Of a stretch of DNA of 42,951 bases, positions 22,291 to 31,560 are shown in pieces. The first letter of the stretch is position 1, and each line of letters starts with the position of its first letter. The notes under the pieces were generated by a model. It saw only the letters and a program-made list of their open reading frames with translations. It searched no databases and had not been told where the DNA came from. The stretch comes from an uncultured bacterium. Its GTDB lineage: Bacteria; Auribacterota; Erginobacteria; Erginobacterales; DAOSXE01. The stretch spans positions 4,262 to 47,212 of the forward strand of contig CAZIEA010000004.1 in the NCBI GenBank assembly GCA_964538495.1. The letters run 5' to 3'. Both the position numbers and the translations under genes were made by a program.

Positions 22291-23532
22291 ATGAATAATC
22301 TTAGGTTTGTGATGGTGGGCCACGTGGACCACGGGAAGTCGACCTTGATCGGACGCCTTCTCTACGACACCGAGTCCCTGCCCCCGGACAAGATGGAGGA
22401 AATCCGGACCGCCTCCCAGGAGCAGGGAAGGGACGTCGAGTTTGCCTACGTGATGGACCACCTGGAGGAGGAGCGGGCGCGCAACATCACCATCGACACC
22501 GCCCAGACCTTCTTCCGGACCCCGCGCCGGGAATACGTGATCATCGACGCTCCCGGGCACAAGGAGTTCCTGAAAAACATGATCACGGGCGCCTCCCAGG
22601 CTGAAGCCGCGGTCCTGATCGTGGACGCCGCCGAGGGAGTGCGGGAGCAGACCCAGCGCCACGCCTTCATGATCGACATGCTCGGGCTGGAGCAGCTCAT
22701 CGTGGTGGTCAACAAGATGGACCAGGTCGGCTACGGGCAAAAGCGGTTCGAGCAGGTTAAGAGTAACCTCAACGAGTTCCTGGGCAAGGTCAACCTGAAA
22801 CCGACCTACGTCATCCCGATCTCGGCCAAGAACGGCGAGAACGTTTCCAACCGCTCCCAAAACATGCCCTGGTACACGGGGGTGACCTTCCTGGAGGGGC
22901 TCGATTCTTTCGTCAACCTGCCCTCCTCCCTGGAAAAGCCGCTGCGCTTCCCGGTCCAACTCGTGCACGAGATTGCCGGGGAAAAAGTCCTGATGGGCCG
23001 GGTCGAGGCCGGGCGGCTCCGCCGGGGCGGGGAGATCGTCTTTCTGCCTTCCGGGAAGAAGGCGAAGGTGAAAAATATCCTCGAGTTCGGGACCAAGGGG
23101 AAAGAAGAAGCCTCCGCCGGGGAGTCCGCCGGCATCGTCCTGGATCAAGCGCTCCCGGTGGGGCGGGGCGAGGTGGGGGCCGAACCGGGCCAGGAGCCGC
23201 CTTCGGCCGACCGTTTCGCGGCTTCCGTGTTCTGGATGTCGCCGGCGCCCTTCCGGATGGGGGAGAAGATCCTGCTGCGGGTGGCCACTGAGGAAGTCCC
23301 CGCCGAGATCGAAACCATCGCGGAGCGGATGGATTCCTCGACCCTGGAGATCCTCCAAAGGGGCGCTTCCGTCCTCAACGACACCGAGGCCGGGGAGGTG
23401 ACGATCCGGACCTCTCGCCCCGTGGTGGTGGAGTCCTTCTACAAGACCAAGGAGCTGGGGCGCTTCGTCCTGGTCCGGCGCAACGACGTCGTCGCCGGCG
23501 GCATCATTGCCCATAGCGTGCGCCGGTCGTAG
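22291..23532 (+). CDS. cysN: sulfate adenylyltransferase subunit 1 (GTPase), no fused APS-kinase domain
   Basis: GHVDHGKSTL (G1), DAPGH (G3), NKMD (G4). 413 aa, so too short to include a CysC fusion. Confidence 0.9.
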   Translation: MNNLRFVMVGHVDHGKSTLIGRLLYDTESLPPDKMEEIRTASQEQGRDVEFAYVMDHLEEERARNITIDTAQTFFRTPRREYVIIDAPGHKEFLKNMITGASQAEAAVLIVDAAEGVREQTQRHAFMIDMLGLEQLIVVVNKMDQVGYGQKRFEQVKSNLNEFLGKVNLKPTYVIPISAKNGENVSNRSQNMPWYTGVTFLEGLDSFVNLPSSLEKPLRFPVQLVHEIAGEKVLMGRVEAGRLRRGGEIVFLPSGKKAKVKNILEFGTKGKEEASAGESAGIVLDQALPVGRGEVGAEPGQEPPSADRFAASVFWMSPAPFRMGEKILLRVATEEVPAEIETIAERMDSSTLEILQRGASVLNDTEAGEVTIRTSRPVVVESFYKTKELGRFVLVRRNDVVAGGIIAHSVRRS

Positions 23533-23533
23533 C

Positions 23534-23660
23534 GCAGGGCTTCAGCCCTGCCGCACTGATTGAACCGCGAATCTCGCGAATCCACACAAATCAAAGCGAC
23601 GGATTACTGATCACTGATCACGGATTACGTTGGTTCTCCTGAACCCTGAACCCTGAACCC
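23534..23660. repeat. hairpin plus 74-nt module plus CCTGAAC words
   Basis: GCAGGGC-ttca-GCCCTGC (23534-23551) sits 2 nt after the cysN stop and occurs inverted at 41035-41052. Module 23550-23623 duplicates 18160-18233. CCTGAAC x3 at 23638-23660. Confidence 0.9.
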
Positions 23661-23665
23661 TCCGG

Positions 23666-24859
23666 TTGTATAGGCAGCTTGTCATCACGGTCGCGGCGGC
23701 GGCGGCGATCTACTCGGCCTGGCGGGTCTTTCCCGTCCTGGACGGGAAAGAGCAGTACGACTTCCGGACCTATTACTGGGCCGCCGCCGCCTTGGAGAAG
23801 GCCCTCGACCCCTACGAGGTCGCATCCCTCCGGGAAGTCTCCGGCCGCCCGATCTTTTTGACCTACATTTATCCCCCCTATACTCTGGGGCTGTTCCGGC
23901 CCCTGGTGCGGCTGGGGTACTCCCGGGCCTACGGGCTGTTTTTCGGGCTCAAGCTCGTTGCCCTCGGTTTCCTGATCCTGATCTGGGCCCGGGTCGTCCC
24001 GACGGGAAGACGGGGACTCTGGGCCGTGGCGGTCACCGCCCTGCTCGGCTACAAGGGCGCGGCCTTGCGGGACCTGGTCGCGGGGAATCTCTCGATTTTC
24101 GAGCAGGTCCTGATCTGGGGCGGGATCTGCCTGCTCCTGCGCGGCCGGGCCCTCCCGGGCGGGATCGTCCTCTTTCTCTCCGGAACGGTAAAGCTGGTGA
24201 CCTTGGCCCTGGGCCCGCTGGTTTTCGTGATCGGCCGCCGCCGCCGGGATCTCTTTCTCTGGCTGGGTCTCACGGCCGCCGCCGGCTTGCTGGTCCTGGG
24301 TTCCTATTTTTCCCGGCCGGGGGCCTGGCGTAGCTTTTATTCCTCGATGACCAAAGTCTCCTTTTTCGAGACCGGGGATCTCAACCCCAGCTCCCTGGCT
24401 TTCCTCAAGGACGTATCCGGGCGGCTGGGGGCGGGGGCAACATTTCCGGTTGTCACTTATGCGTTCTGGTCCGCCCTGGTCCTGGCGGCCTGGTTTTGGG
24501 CGTTCCGGAAGACCTTCGCTTCCGCGGACCGGCTCCCCATGGTTTACCTGACCGTCCTGGCCTATGTCCTGGTCTCCCCCAAGATGAAGGATTATTCCCT
24601 GCTTATCGCCGCCCTCCCGACCCTGCACGCGATCTGCGCGGTCCTGCCCGGGCGCTGGCGGCTGTTCGGCTGCGCCCTGCTCTGGATTCCCCTCTTCCCC
24701 TACCAGGGGTTATTGCTGGCCGCCGGGACGTTTTTCCTCCTCCTGCTCTGGGTCCGGCTTCACCGGGGCGATCCTGGGGCCAAGCTGGCCTCCTGCCTCG
24801 ATCCCCTCGAGTTCCTGAAAGACTGTCGGATCGACCCTCGCTGTGCTCGGGACTTGTAG
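23666..24859 (+). CDS. polytopic membrane glycosyltransferase, GT87/DUF2029-like (polyprenol-phosphate-mannose-dependent type)
   Basis: TTG start. DFRTYYWAAAALEKALDPYE...YIYPPYTLGLFRPL and AGNLSIFEQVL...GTVKLVTLALGP resemble DUF2029 motifs. The last ~12 codons and the TAG stop (24857-24859) lie in hairpin array 3. Confidence 0.65.
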   Translation: MYRQLVITVAAAAAIYSAWRVFPVLDGKEQYDFRTYYWAAAALEKALDPYEVASLREVSGRPIFLTYIYPPYTLGLFRPLVRLGYSRAYGLFFGLKLVALGFLILIWARVVPTGRRGLWAVAVTALLGYKGAALRDLVAGNLSIFEQVLIWGGICLLLRGRALPGGIVLFLSGTVKLVTLALGPLVFVIGRRRRDLFLWLGLTAAAGLLVLGSYFSRPGAWRSFYSSMTKVSFFETGDLNPSSLAFLKDVSGRLGAGATFPVVTYAFWSALVLAAWFWAFRKTFASADRLPMVYLTVLAYVLVSPKMKDYSLLIAALPTLHAICAVLPGRWRLFGCALLWIPLFPYQGLLLAAGTFFLLLLWVRLHRGDPGAKLASCLDPLEFLKDCRIDPRCARDL

Positions 24860-25116
24860 TATCGTCCCTCGCCTTGCTCGGAACTTGCCGCATCGCCGCG
24901 CCTCCCGGCGCGGCTTGCATCCCTATGCTCTATGCCCTATGCTTAAAAACTACAGGCTGAAGACTGAAGACTGAAGGCTGAAGGAACCGACGCCGCATTT
25001 CACATGTAGGCATGTAGGACATGTAGGTAAATTCGAAATTCAAATCCCCGAAACTCTCGCGCATTCTGGATTCTGAATTCTGACTCCTGACTCCTGTTTT
25101 TAAAAACCCTGAACCC
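24823..25116. repeat. hairpin array 3 (3 units, forward) followed by a word mosaic
   Basis: Hairpins GACCCTCG..CTCGGGAC, GTCCC..GGAAC and GCCGCGCC-tccc-GGCGCGGC. Then CTATGCYC x3, GRCTGAAG x4, a CATGTAG x3 block (24998-27), TTCGAAAT words, TYCTGA x5 and CCTGAAC. Confidence 0.9.
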
Positions 25117-25131
25117 ACACAAGGAGAGAAG

Positions 25132-25386
25132 ATGAAGGCAATGAGACAAGCTGCGTTTCTGGCGGCGGTGCTGGGGCTTTGCCACCTCCTGGCGCCGTCG
25201 CCCGCCCAGGCTTACCTGGATCCGGGCACGGGGAGCTACCTGTTCCAGATCCTGATCGCGGGCCTGGTCGGCGGCCTCTTCGCCCTCAAGCTCTTCTGGA
25301 AGCAGATCAAGGACTTCTTTCAGAAACTGTTCGGAAAGGGTGCGGATCGGGGAGGGAGTGACGAGACCCCCAGGAAATCCGAGTAA
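25132..25386 (+). CDS. small membrane protein (signal peptide, YLDPGTGS motif, one TM helix)
   Basis: Strong RBS AAGGAGAG 5 nt upstream. MKAMRQAAFLAAVLGLCHLLAPSPAQA then YLDPGTGSYLFQILIAGLVGGLFALKLFW. From memory, the motif resembles the YIGPGAGF N-termini of some alkaline-phosphatase-family proteins. Confidence 0.55.
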   Translation: MKAMRQAAFLAAVLGLCHLLAPSPAQAYLDPGTGSYLFQILIAGLVGGLFALKLFWKQIKDFFQKLFGKGADRGGSDETPRKSE

Positions 25387-25445
25387 AGGAAAAATTCGAA
25401 TTTGTTTCGAGTTTCGTCATTCGAATTTCGAATTTAAATCTGGAA
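25387..25445. repeat. TTCGAA-type palindromic word repeats
   Basis: AAATTCGAATTT, GTTTCGAGTTTCG and ATTCGAATTTCGAATTT. A related string occurs at 40750-40785. Confidence 0.8.
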
Positions 25446-25455
25446 TTTACCGGAT

Positions 25456-26844
25456 ATGAAAAACGACATACTTCCCTCCTCGTTCCGGGATCCGAGCGGA
25501 TTTCTGTTCCGGCGGGACGGCGTCCTCTACCGCCAGCTCAACGAGGGCTGCCGCGAGGATTACGAACTTCTCTTCTCCTCCGGGCTTTACGGGGAACTGG
25601 CGGGGGCGGGGCTCCTGGTAGAGCACGAGGAGACCGAGCCCGCCCTGGCGCCTTTGCCCGGGGCCTTCAAGGTCATTCGTCCGGAGATTGTGCCGTTTGT
25701 TTCCTATCCTTACGAATGGTGCTTCGGGCAGCTCAAGGACGCGGCCCTGGCCACCCTCGAAATCCAGAAGAAGGCCCTGGCCCGCGGGCTGGTCCTCAAG
25801 GACGCCAGCGCCTACAACATCCAGTTTCTCTGCGGCCGTCCTGTCCTCATCGACACCCTCTCCTTCGCCTGCTACCAGGAAGGGGAACCCTGGGTTGCCT
25901 ACCGCCAGTTCTGCCAGCACTTCCTGGCCCCCCTGGCCTTGGCGGCGCGGACGGACATCCGGTTGCTCCGGTTGCAGCGCGAATATATCGACGGGATCCC
26001 GCTTGACCTGGCTTCGAGGCTCCTGCCCGGGAGCACCCGGTTCAAGTTCGGGCTTCTCTCCCACCTCCACCTGCACGGGCGCAGCCAGGTCCGCCACGCC
26101 GCCGGTTCGGTCCGGCCCTCTCCGAGCCGTCGGGTCTCTAAGCTGGCCCTGCGCGGGCTCGTCGACAGCCTGGAATCGGCCGTGAAGGGCTTAATCTGGA
26201 ACCCTGCCGGCACCGAATGGGGGGGGTATTACGGGGACACCAACTATTCGGAAGAGGCGATGGCGAGCAAGCGGGAAATCGTGGGCCGTTTCCTGGACGA
26301 TTCCCGCCCCGCGACGGTCTGGGACCTGGGCGGGAACACCGGGGAGTTTTCCCGCCTCGCCGCGGAGCGGGGGGCCTTTACGGTCTGTTGCGACGTCGAC
26401 CCCGCCGCGGTGGAAAAGTGCTATATGGTGGAGAAGAATAACGGCAGCGGGAACCTCCTGCCCCTGGTGATGGACCTGACCAGTCCCAGCCCCGCCCTGG
26501 GCTGGGCCGGGCGGGAGCGGGATTCGCTCGCGGAGAGGGGCCCCTGCGGCCTGGTGATGGCCCTGGCCCTGGTCCACCACCTGGCCATCTCCAACAACGT
26601 TTCCCTCCCGCTGATCGCCCGGTATTTCGCCGGCCTGGGGCGGGACCTGATCGTGGAGTTCATCCCCAAGGAGGATTCCCAGGTGCAAAGGTTGCTCGCC
26701 ACCCGGGAGGACGTCTTTCCCCATTACACCCGGGAGGGCTTCGAGCAGGCCTTCGGCGAGCGCTTCGCCATCCGCGCCCGGGAGATGGTCCGAGACTCTC
26801 TTCGGGAGATCTACCTGATGAGTCCGGCGGGGGAGGGGGCTTGA
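25456..26844 (+). CDS. class I SAM-dependent methyltransferase with a ~250-aa uncharacterised N-terminal domain
   Basis: C-terminal half has VWDLGGNTGEFSRLAAERGA..VCCDVDP (motif I) and LVMALALVHHL. N-terminus is SFRDPSGFLFRRDGVLYRQL. Confidence 0.75.
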   Translation: MKNDILPSSFRDPSGFLFRRDGVLYRQLNEGCREDYELLFSSGLYGELAGAGLLVEHEETEPALAPLPGAFKVIRPEIVPFVSYPYEWCFGQLKDAALATLEIQKKALARGLVLKDASAYNIQFLCGRPVLIDTLSFACYQEGEPWVAYRQFCQHFLAPLALAARTDIRLLRLQREYIDGIPLDLASRLLPGSTRFKFGLLSHLHLHGRSQVRHAAGSVRPSPSRRVSKLALRGLVDSLESAVKGLIWNPAGTEWGGYYGDTNYSEEAMASKREIVGRFLDDSRPATVWDLGGNTGEFSRLAAERGAFTVCCDVDPAAVEKCYMVEKNNGSGNLLPLVMDLTSPSPALGWAGRERDSLAERGPCGLVMALALVHHLAISNNVSLPLIARYFAGLGRDLIVEFIPKEDSQVQRLLATREDVFPHYTREGFEQAFGERFAIRAREMVRDSLREIYLMSPAGEGA

Positions 26845-28418
26845 AAAAGCTCCACGGCTGGCATCCGCTTCTTTTCGCGGCTTTTCCCGTCCTCTCCCTC
26901 TATGGGCTCAATTTTCACAAGGTCGCCTTCCGCGAGGCCGCGCCCTTCCTGGTCTTGAGCCTGGGGGCAACCCTGGGTCTCTGGCTGGTTCTTTCCCTGG
27001 CGCTGCGGAATCGTTTCCGGGGGGGGCTTTTGGTTTCGCTGGCCTTGGCGCTGTTTTTTTCCTACGGCCACGCCTACCGAATGCTGGAAGGGGCGGGCTT
27101 CCGGGTCGGGAACCTGGTGGTGGGAGAAAACAAGATTCTCCTGGTCCTCTGGGCCGTTCTGCTCGGGCTGGGGGTGTTTCTGGTCCTGAAAAAGCGCGGG
27201 GATTTCCCGCGCCTGACCCGGTTTCTCGACCTTGTTTCCGCGGTCCTGGTCCTCCTGCCCCTGCTCACGATCGGCCGCGGTCTGCTCGATTCGTCGGGAG
27301 GGGCCGCCCGCGCCGCCGGAGGGGAGCCGGTCCCGGCTCTTCGGGAGGGCGGAGCGCGCCCCGATATTTACTATCTGATCCTGGACGGGTACGGTTCGAG
27401 CGAGGTTTTGCGGGAGTTCTACGGCTTCGACAACCGCGAATTCCTCGATTACCTGAAATCCCGCGGTTTCTACGTGGCGGAGCAAAGCCGCAGCAACTAC
27501 TCCTCTACCACTTTCTCCCTTCCTTCCGCCCTCAATATGGAATACATCAACCCCGTGGCCGAGCGAATGGGCCCGGACGCCCAGGACGTCAGCCCGATGG
27601 TGGAGATGACCCAGGACCACCAGGTGGCCGCTTTCCTGAAGGTGCAGGGGTATCGTTACGTCCACGTTTCCAGCGCCGGCTTCTGGATGTCCAAGCGGAA
27701 CCGGAACGCCGACTGGAACCTGGAATGCCGGCGCGGGGGCGAGTTCCAGACCAACCTGGTGATGAGCAGCCTGCTGCGGATATTCAGCGACCGCTACGGG
27801 GCCATAGACCGGGAGCGGGTCCTGAACGCCTTTGCCGCCATCCCCCGGATCCGGGAAAATATCGAGGGGCCCCGCTTTGTCTTCGCCCATTTTCTCATTC
27901 CCCATCCCCCCTACATCTTCGCCGCCGACGGGGGCAAGATTCTCCAGACCGGGATGCCGGAGTTTTTCGAGTTGCGGGGCTGGCAGATGAAGGACCGCTA
28001 CCTGGACCAGATCAGGTTCACCAACTCCAAGGTCAAAGAACTGCTGGAAAGCCTGCTGGCCGATCCCGATTATTCCCCCGTTGTTGTCATCCAGGCCGAC
28101 CACGGCCCGGCCTCGACCGACGAATGGAAGAATCCGAGTGAACGGATGCTCCGGGAAAGGCTGGGAATCCTGAACGCCTACTTCGTCCCCGGGCCGATCC
28201 GCGACCGGCTTTATCCCTCCATCACTCCGGTTAACAGCTTCCGCCTGATCCTGGGCGGCCTCTTCGGGGCCGATCTTCCCCTCCTGGAAGATCGGAGCTA
28301 TTTTTCCAGTTACGACCGGCTTTACGACCTGGCCGATGTTACGGATCTCCTTACGGCTGACGAAGAGGATTCGGACTACGATTACGACAACGACAACGAT
28401 AGTGAGCAGAATCTGTGA
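26841..28418 (+). CDS. membrane-anchored alkaline-phosphatase-superfamily transferase (sulfatase/LTA-synthase-like)
   Basis: TTG start overlapping the previous stop (TTGA), preceded by GGGGAGGGGG. About 5 N-terminal TM helices, then PDIYYLILDGYGS...FVFAHFLIPHPPYIF. The acidic tail DEEDSDYDYDNDNDSEQNL is encoded by GATTAC/CGACAA/AATCTGTG words. Confidence 0.7.
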   Translation: MKKLHGWHPLLFAAFPVLSLYGLNFHKVAFREAAPFLVLSLGATLGLWLVLSLALRNRFRGGLLVSLALALFFSYGHAYRMLEGAGFRVGNLVVGENKILLVLWAVLLGLGVFLVLKKRGDFPRLTRFLDLVSAVLVLLPLLTIGRGLLDSSGGAARAAGGEPVPALREGGARPDIYYLILDGYGSSEVLREFYGFDNREFLDYLKSRGFYVAEQSRSNYSSTTFSLPSALNMEYINPVAERMGPDAQDVSPMVEMTQDHQVAAFLKVQGYRYVHVSSAGFWMSKRNRNADWNLECRRGGEFQTNLVMSSLLRIFSDRYGAIDRERVLNAFAAIPRIRENIEGPRFVFAHFLIPHPPYIFAADGGKILQTGMPEFFELRGWQMKDRYLDQIRFTNSKVKELLESLLADPDYSPVVVIQADHGPASTDEWKNPSERMLRERLGILNAYFVPGPIRDRLYPSITPVNSFRLILGGLFGADLPLLEDRSYFSSYDRLYDLADVTDLLTADEEDSDYDYDNDNDSEQNL

Positions 28419-28463
28419 AAATCCGTGAAATTTGCGGAAAGTAGTAAGCAAAAGGAGAATGAG

Positions 28464-29777
28464 ATGAGAGTCGTGATGATCGGCCTGGACGGTTTTCCCT
28501 TCACCCTGGCCGAAAAGTTGATCGCCGAGGGGACGATGCCGAACTTGGGCGCCCTGCGGGAGAGGGGCTGTCTGCGGCAGATGGACTCGATCTATCCCAC
28601 CGTCTCCAACGTGGCCTGGACTTCCTACATGACCGGGAAAAACCCGGGCGGATTCGGGGTCTTCGGGTTTGCCGAGCTCACGGAGAAATTCGAACTCTTC
28701 ATCCCCAACTCGAAGGACTGCCGGGCTAAGACCATTCAGGAACTTATTTCCGCCTCCGGGAAAAAAGTGATCTCCCTGGGGGTCCCCGGCACCTATCCCC
28801 CCCGGGAGGTGGACGGGATCAACGTCGGGGGGTTTCTCAGCCCTTCCCTGGAGAAGGGGGTTTATCCGCTTTCGGCGCTGCCGAAACTGCGCGAGACCGG
28901 CTACCTCCTCGACATCGACCCGATGAAGGCTCGGGAATCCCTGGAACTGCTCAAGGAGGAGAATTTGAGGGTTTTCCAGGGAAGGGTGAAGACCTTGCTG
29001 AGGCTCTGGGACACGGAGCCCTGGGATTACCTGGCCATCCACTTCATGGACACCGACCGGATGATGCACTTCATGTTCAAGTACATCGACCCCGAGGGGG
29101 AGGGGGGGGAGAACCGGGACTACTGCCGGGACTTCTTCCGGAAGATCGACGACATGATCGCTCAGGCGGCGGGGAAACTCGACCCCGAAACCCGTCTCTT
29201 CGTCCTTTCCGACCACGGGTTCTGCCGCATCCGTAAGGAAGTCCAGCTTAACCGCTGGCTCCAGGACCGGGGGTATTTGACCTTCTCCCGGCCCCCGGCT
29301 CACGACCTTGACTTCGATTCGGTCTCTCCTCAGGCCCGGGCCCTCGCCCTGGTCCCGGGCAAGATCCACATCCTCCGGGAAGGCAGGTTCTGCCGGGGCG
29401 GGGTCAAGGCGGCGGAATACGAGGATTTCCGCGACGAGCTCGTCCGCAAGCTGGGGACCCTGACCGAGGCGGGGCGCCCAGTCTGCCGGAAGATCTTCAA
29501 GCGGGAGGAGGTCCTGCGCGGACCTTACGCCGGGGAGGGGCCAGACATCGTCATCGACCCCCACGACGGCTACGACTTCAAGGCCGGCCTGAAAAAGAGC
29601 GTGATTTTCGAGACCGGCCCCATCAGCGGGATGCATACCCAGCACGACGCCCTGCTCTACATCTCGGGCGTGTCGGAATTACCCAAGCGCCCCGTGGTTT
29701 ACGACGTGACCCCCACCATCCTCAAGACCCTCGGCATTCCGATTCCCGCCGACTTCGACGGAGTCTCCCTTGTGTAG
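28464..29777 (+). CDS. alkaline phosphatase family protein (type I phosphodiesterase/nucleotide pyrophosphatase-like)
   Basis: Start trimmed to the ATG at 28464 (AAAGGAGAA 5 nt upstream). MRVVMIGLDGFPF...DSIYPTVSNVAWTSYMTGKNPGGFG..., later LSDHGF and GMHTQHD. The TAG stop overlaps the start of a reverse CTATGC block. Confidence 0.8.
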   Translation: MRVVMIGLDGFPFTLAEKLIAEGTMPNLGALRERGCLRQMDSIYPTVSNVAWTSYMTGKNPGGFGVFGFAELTEKFELFIPNSKDCRAKTIQELISASGKKVISLGVPGTYPPREVDGINVGGFLSPSLEKGVYPLSALPKLRETGYLLDIDPMKARESLELLKEENLRVFQGRVKTLLRLWDTEPWDYLAIHFMDTDRMMHFMFKYIDPEGEGGENRDYCRDFFRKIDDMIAQAAGKLDPETRLFVLSDHGFCRIRKEVQLNRWLQDRGYLTFSRPPAHDLDFDSVSPQARALALVPGKIHILREGRFCRGGVKAAEYEDFRDELVRKLGTLTEAGRPVCRKIFKREEVLRGPYAGEGPDIVIDPHDGYDFKAGLKKSVIFETGPISGMHTQHDALLYISGVSELPKRPVVYDVTPTILKTLGIPIPADFDGVSLV

Positions 29778-29950
29778 CATAGAGCATAGGGCATAGAGCA
29801 TGTTCTACATGCCTACATGTGAATGGCGGCAAGCCGCTCCGGAGGAGCGGCGATACTACAAGTCCCGAGCACAGCGAGGGACGATACTACAAGCCGCTTC
29901 GTAGAAGCGGCGATACTGCAAGTCACTCCGTCAGGAGTGACGATACGACA
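29774..29950 (-). repeat. reverse CTATGC block, reverse CATGTAG block and hairpin array 5 (4 units, reverse)
   Basis: GCATAGRG x3 (29777-29798) and CTACATG x3 (29799-29824). Then GCCGCTCC-gga-GGAGCGGC, GTCCCGAG..CGAGGGAC, GCCGCTTC-gta-GAAGCGGC and GTCACTCC-gtca-GGAGTGAC, each followed by GATACKRCAAG. Confidence 0.9.
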
Positions 29951-29954
29951 GAGA

Positions 29955-31478
29955 ATGGGGATGGGAAGATTCTTCCAGATATATGGCTTCTTGTCCTGCG
30001 CCTGCGTCCTCTACTTCTGCTGGAACCAGGCCAAGGGGGACCGCTTCCGCAAGGCCCTCCCGCTCTGTTTTCTCGCCTCTTTTCTCTTCATTACCATCCA
30101 GTTCAAATCCCTCTCCATCCCTCTCCTTACCTACCTGACCATCGGGCTGCTCGGGATTCCCGCCATCTTCTACGGGCTGCTCTTCCGTTACGAGGTCCTG
30201 CTCATTGTTGCCGCGCTCTATGTGCCCCACAATGCCATCCTCCCGGCCACGTTCGGCGGTCTCTTCAAGGCCTTCAACGGGACCAACATCGTCATCGGGG
30301 CGCTTTTCCTGGGGATGCTGTTCGGGAACAAGGGCGAGGGGAAAGTTTATTCGTCGAAGTCTCCGGCCAATGCCCTGGTCTGGATTTTTGTCGGGATGGT
30401 GATACTGGCTTTTTTGCGCGGGTATCTTTTCTGGGGCGGGGGCTATTTCGGGAACATGCTGCAGAATGTCTGGCGTTTTCTTTCTCCGATGATCCTCTTC
30501 TTCATTTTCGTGCGCCGCCTCCCCGACCGGGGGGCGATCCGGGTGGTGTCGGGAGTCCTGATGATCGTGGCGATAATGGGGATCTACCTGGGAATCCTGG
30601 AGTGGGTGGAACTGGGCTTCGGGACCTATTCCACTTTCAAGCGCCGCCTGGGCGGGCTGAACAAGCATCCCAATGTCTTTGGGGCTTTTATCGCCTATTA
30701 TCTCGGGCTTTTCTGGGGCCAGATTCTGGTCAACTGGCGTCGCTTCGACGCGAAACTGCTGCTTTTCCCCTTTCTGATGGGCTTGAGGGTGATGCTCCCC
30801 ACTAATTCCCGTGGGGCTTGGATCTCCCTGCCCCCGGCCTTGGCCGCGGTGACCTTCTTTCGGAACAAGCTGCTGCTCCCGATTCTCGGGGTTCTGGCCG
30901 TCATTCCCTTTGTCCTCAACCCGGCATTGGTTCCGGAGACCATCCAGTATCGGTTTCAGGATGCGGTGACCCTGGAGGAGCGCGACGAGATCTATGCCCA
31001 GGCCGGGGGAGGCATAGCGGTAGCCTACGAGACCCAATCCATCAGCATTCGAAACCGGGCTAACATACTTGAAGGCGGGTTGAAGGCTTGGCTGCTCAAT
31101 CCATTTTTCGGACACGGTTACGGCTCTTTCATTTACGCCTTGCGGCAGGCCACCGACGGAGAGGTGCAGGGTTCGGCTCATAACGGCTGGCTGGATTTGC
31201 TGGTGACAATGGGCGGGATCTGCGTGGGGAGCCTTTTTATAGTTTTCGGTTATTTTATGTACTGCGGCTGGTGGGTCTATCGGCACGAGACCAACGGCTA
31301 TCTCAAGGGCCTGGCCCTGGGCTACACCGGGTGCGTCCCGGCCATCATCGTGGCCAACCTGACCGGCCAACGCATCGACCACGTGGACCTGACCGCGATT
31401 TTCTGGATGCTTTCTGCCTGCATCGTCAAGCTCCGCAATATCAATCTCCAGGAAATGCGGGAGCGGGGCGAGATCTGA
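29955..31478 (+). CDS. O-antigen ligase / Wzy-like polymerase family membrane protein
   Basis: Start trimmed to the ATG at 29955; the track's first 44 codons are translated hairpin array. Polytopic, with NSRGAWISLPPALAAV, GHGYGSF and HNGWLDLLVTMG (Wzy_C-like). Confidence 0.8.
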   Translation: MGMGRFFQIYGFLSCACVLYFCWNQAKGDRFRKALPLCFLASFLFITIQFKSLSIPLLTYLTIGLLGIPAIFYGLLFRYEVLLIVAALYVPHNAILPATFGGLFKAFNGTNIVIGALFLGMLFGNKGEGKVYSSKSPANALVWIFVGMVILAFLRGYLFWGGGYFGNMLQNVWRFLSPMILFFIFVRRLPDRGAIRVVSGVLMIVAIMGIYLGILEWVELGFGTYSTFKRRLGGLNKHPNVFGAFIAYYLGLFWGQILVNWRRFDAKLLLFPFLMGLRVMLPTNSRGAWISLPPALAAVTFFRNKLLLPILGVLAVIPFVLNPALVPETIQYRFQDAVTLEERDEIYAQAGGGIAVAYETQSISIRNRANILEGGLKAWLLNPFFGHGYGSFIYALRQATDGEVQGSAHNGWLDLLVTMGGICVGSLFIVFGYFMYCGWWVYRHETNGYLKGLALGYTGCVPAIIVANLTGQRIDHVDLTAIFWMLSACIVKLRNINLQEMRERGEI

Positions 31479-31525
31479 AAAATCAGGAAACAGGATTCAG
31501 GATACAGGAAACAGGAGAGTATGCC
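31479..31525 (-). repeat. reverse TCCTGW word run
   Basis: ATCAGGAAACAGGATTCAGGATACAGGAAACAGGAG is the reverse complement of the TCCTGA/TCCTGT word family. Confidence 0.8.
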
Positions 31526-31560
31526 CCATGCTTCGTGAACGCCATTCGGCGGGATTAGAT

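Noticed and set aside
23534-23551. Rho-independent terminator after cysN (GCAGGGC-ttca-GCCCTGC)
   Set aside because: The stem is perfect but no U-tract follows it. The same element occurs inverted at 41035-41052, immediately upstream of a gene start, so it behaves as another member of the repeat vocabulary. I kept it as a repeat.
26811-29645. 944-aa minus-strand ORF, the longest in the supplied track
   Set aside because: It is antisense to two plus-strand genes with clear family motifs (sulfatase-like and phosphodiesterase-like). Its composition is Gly/Pro/Arg/Val-rich low complexity, which is typical of shadow ORFs in high-GC DNA, and I recognise no motif in it.
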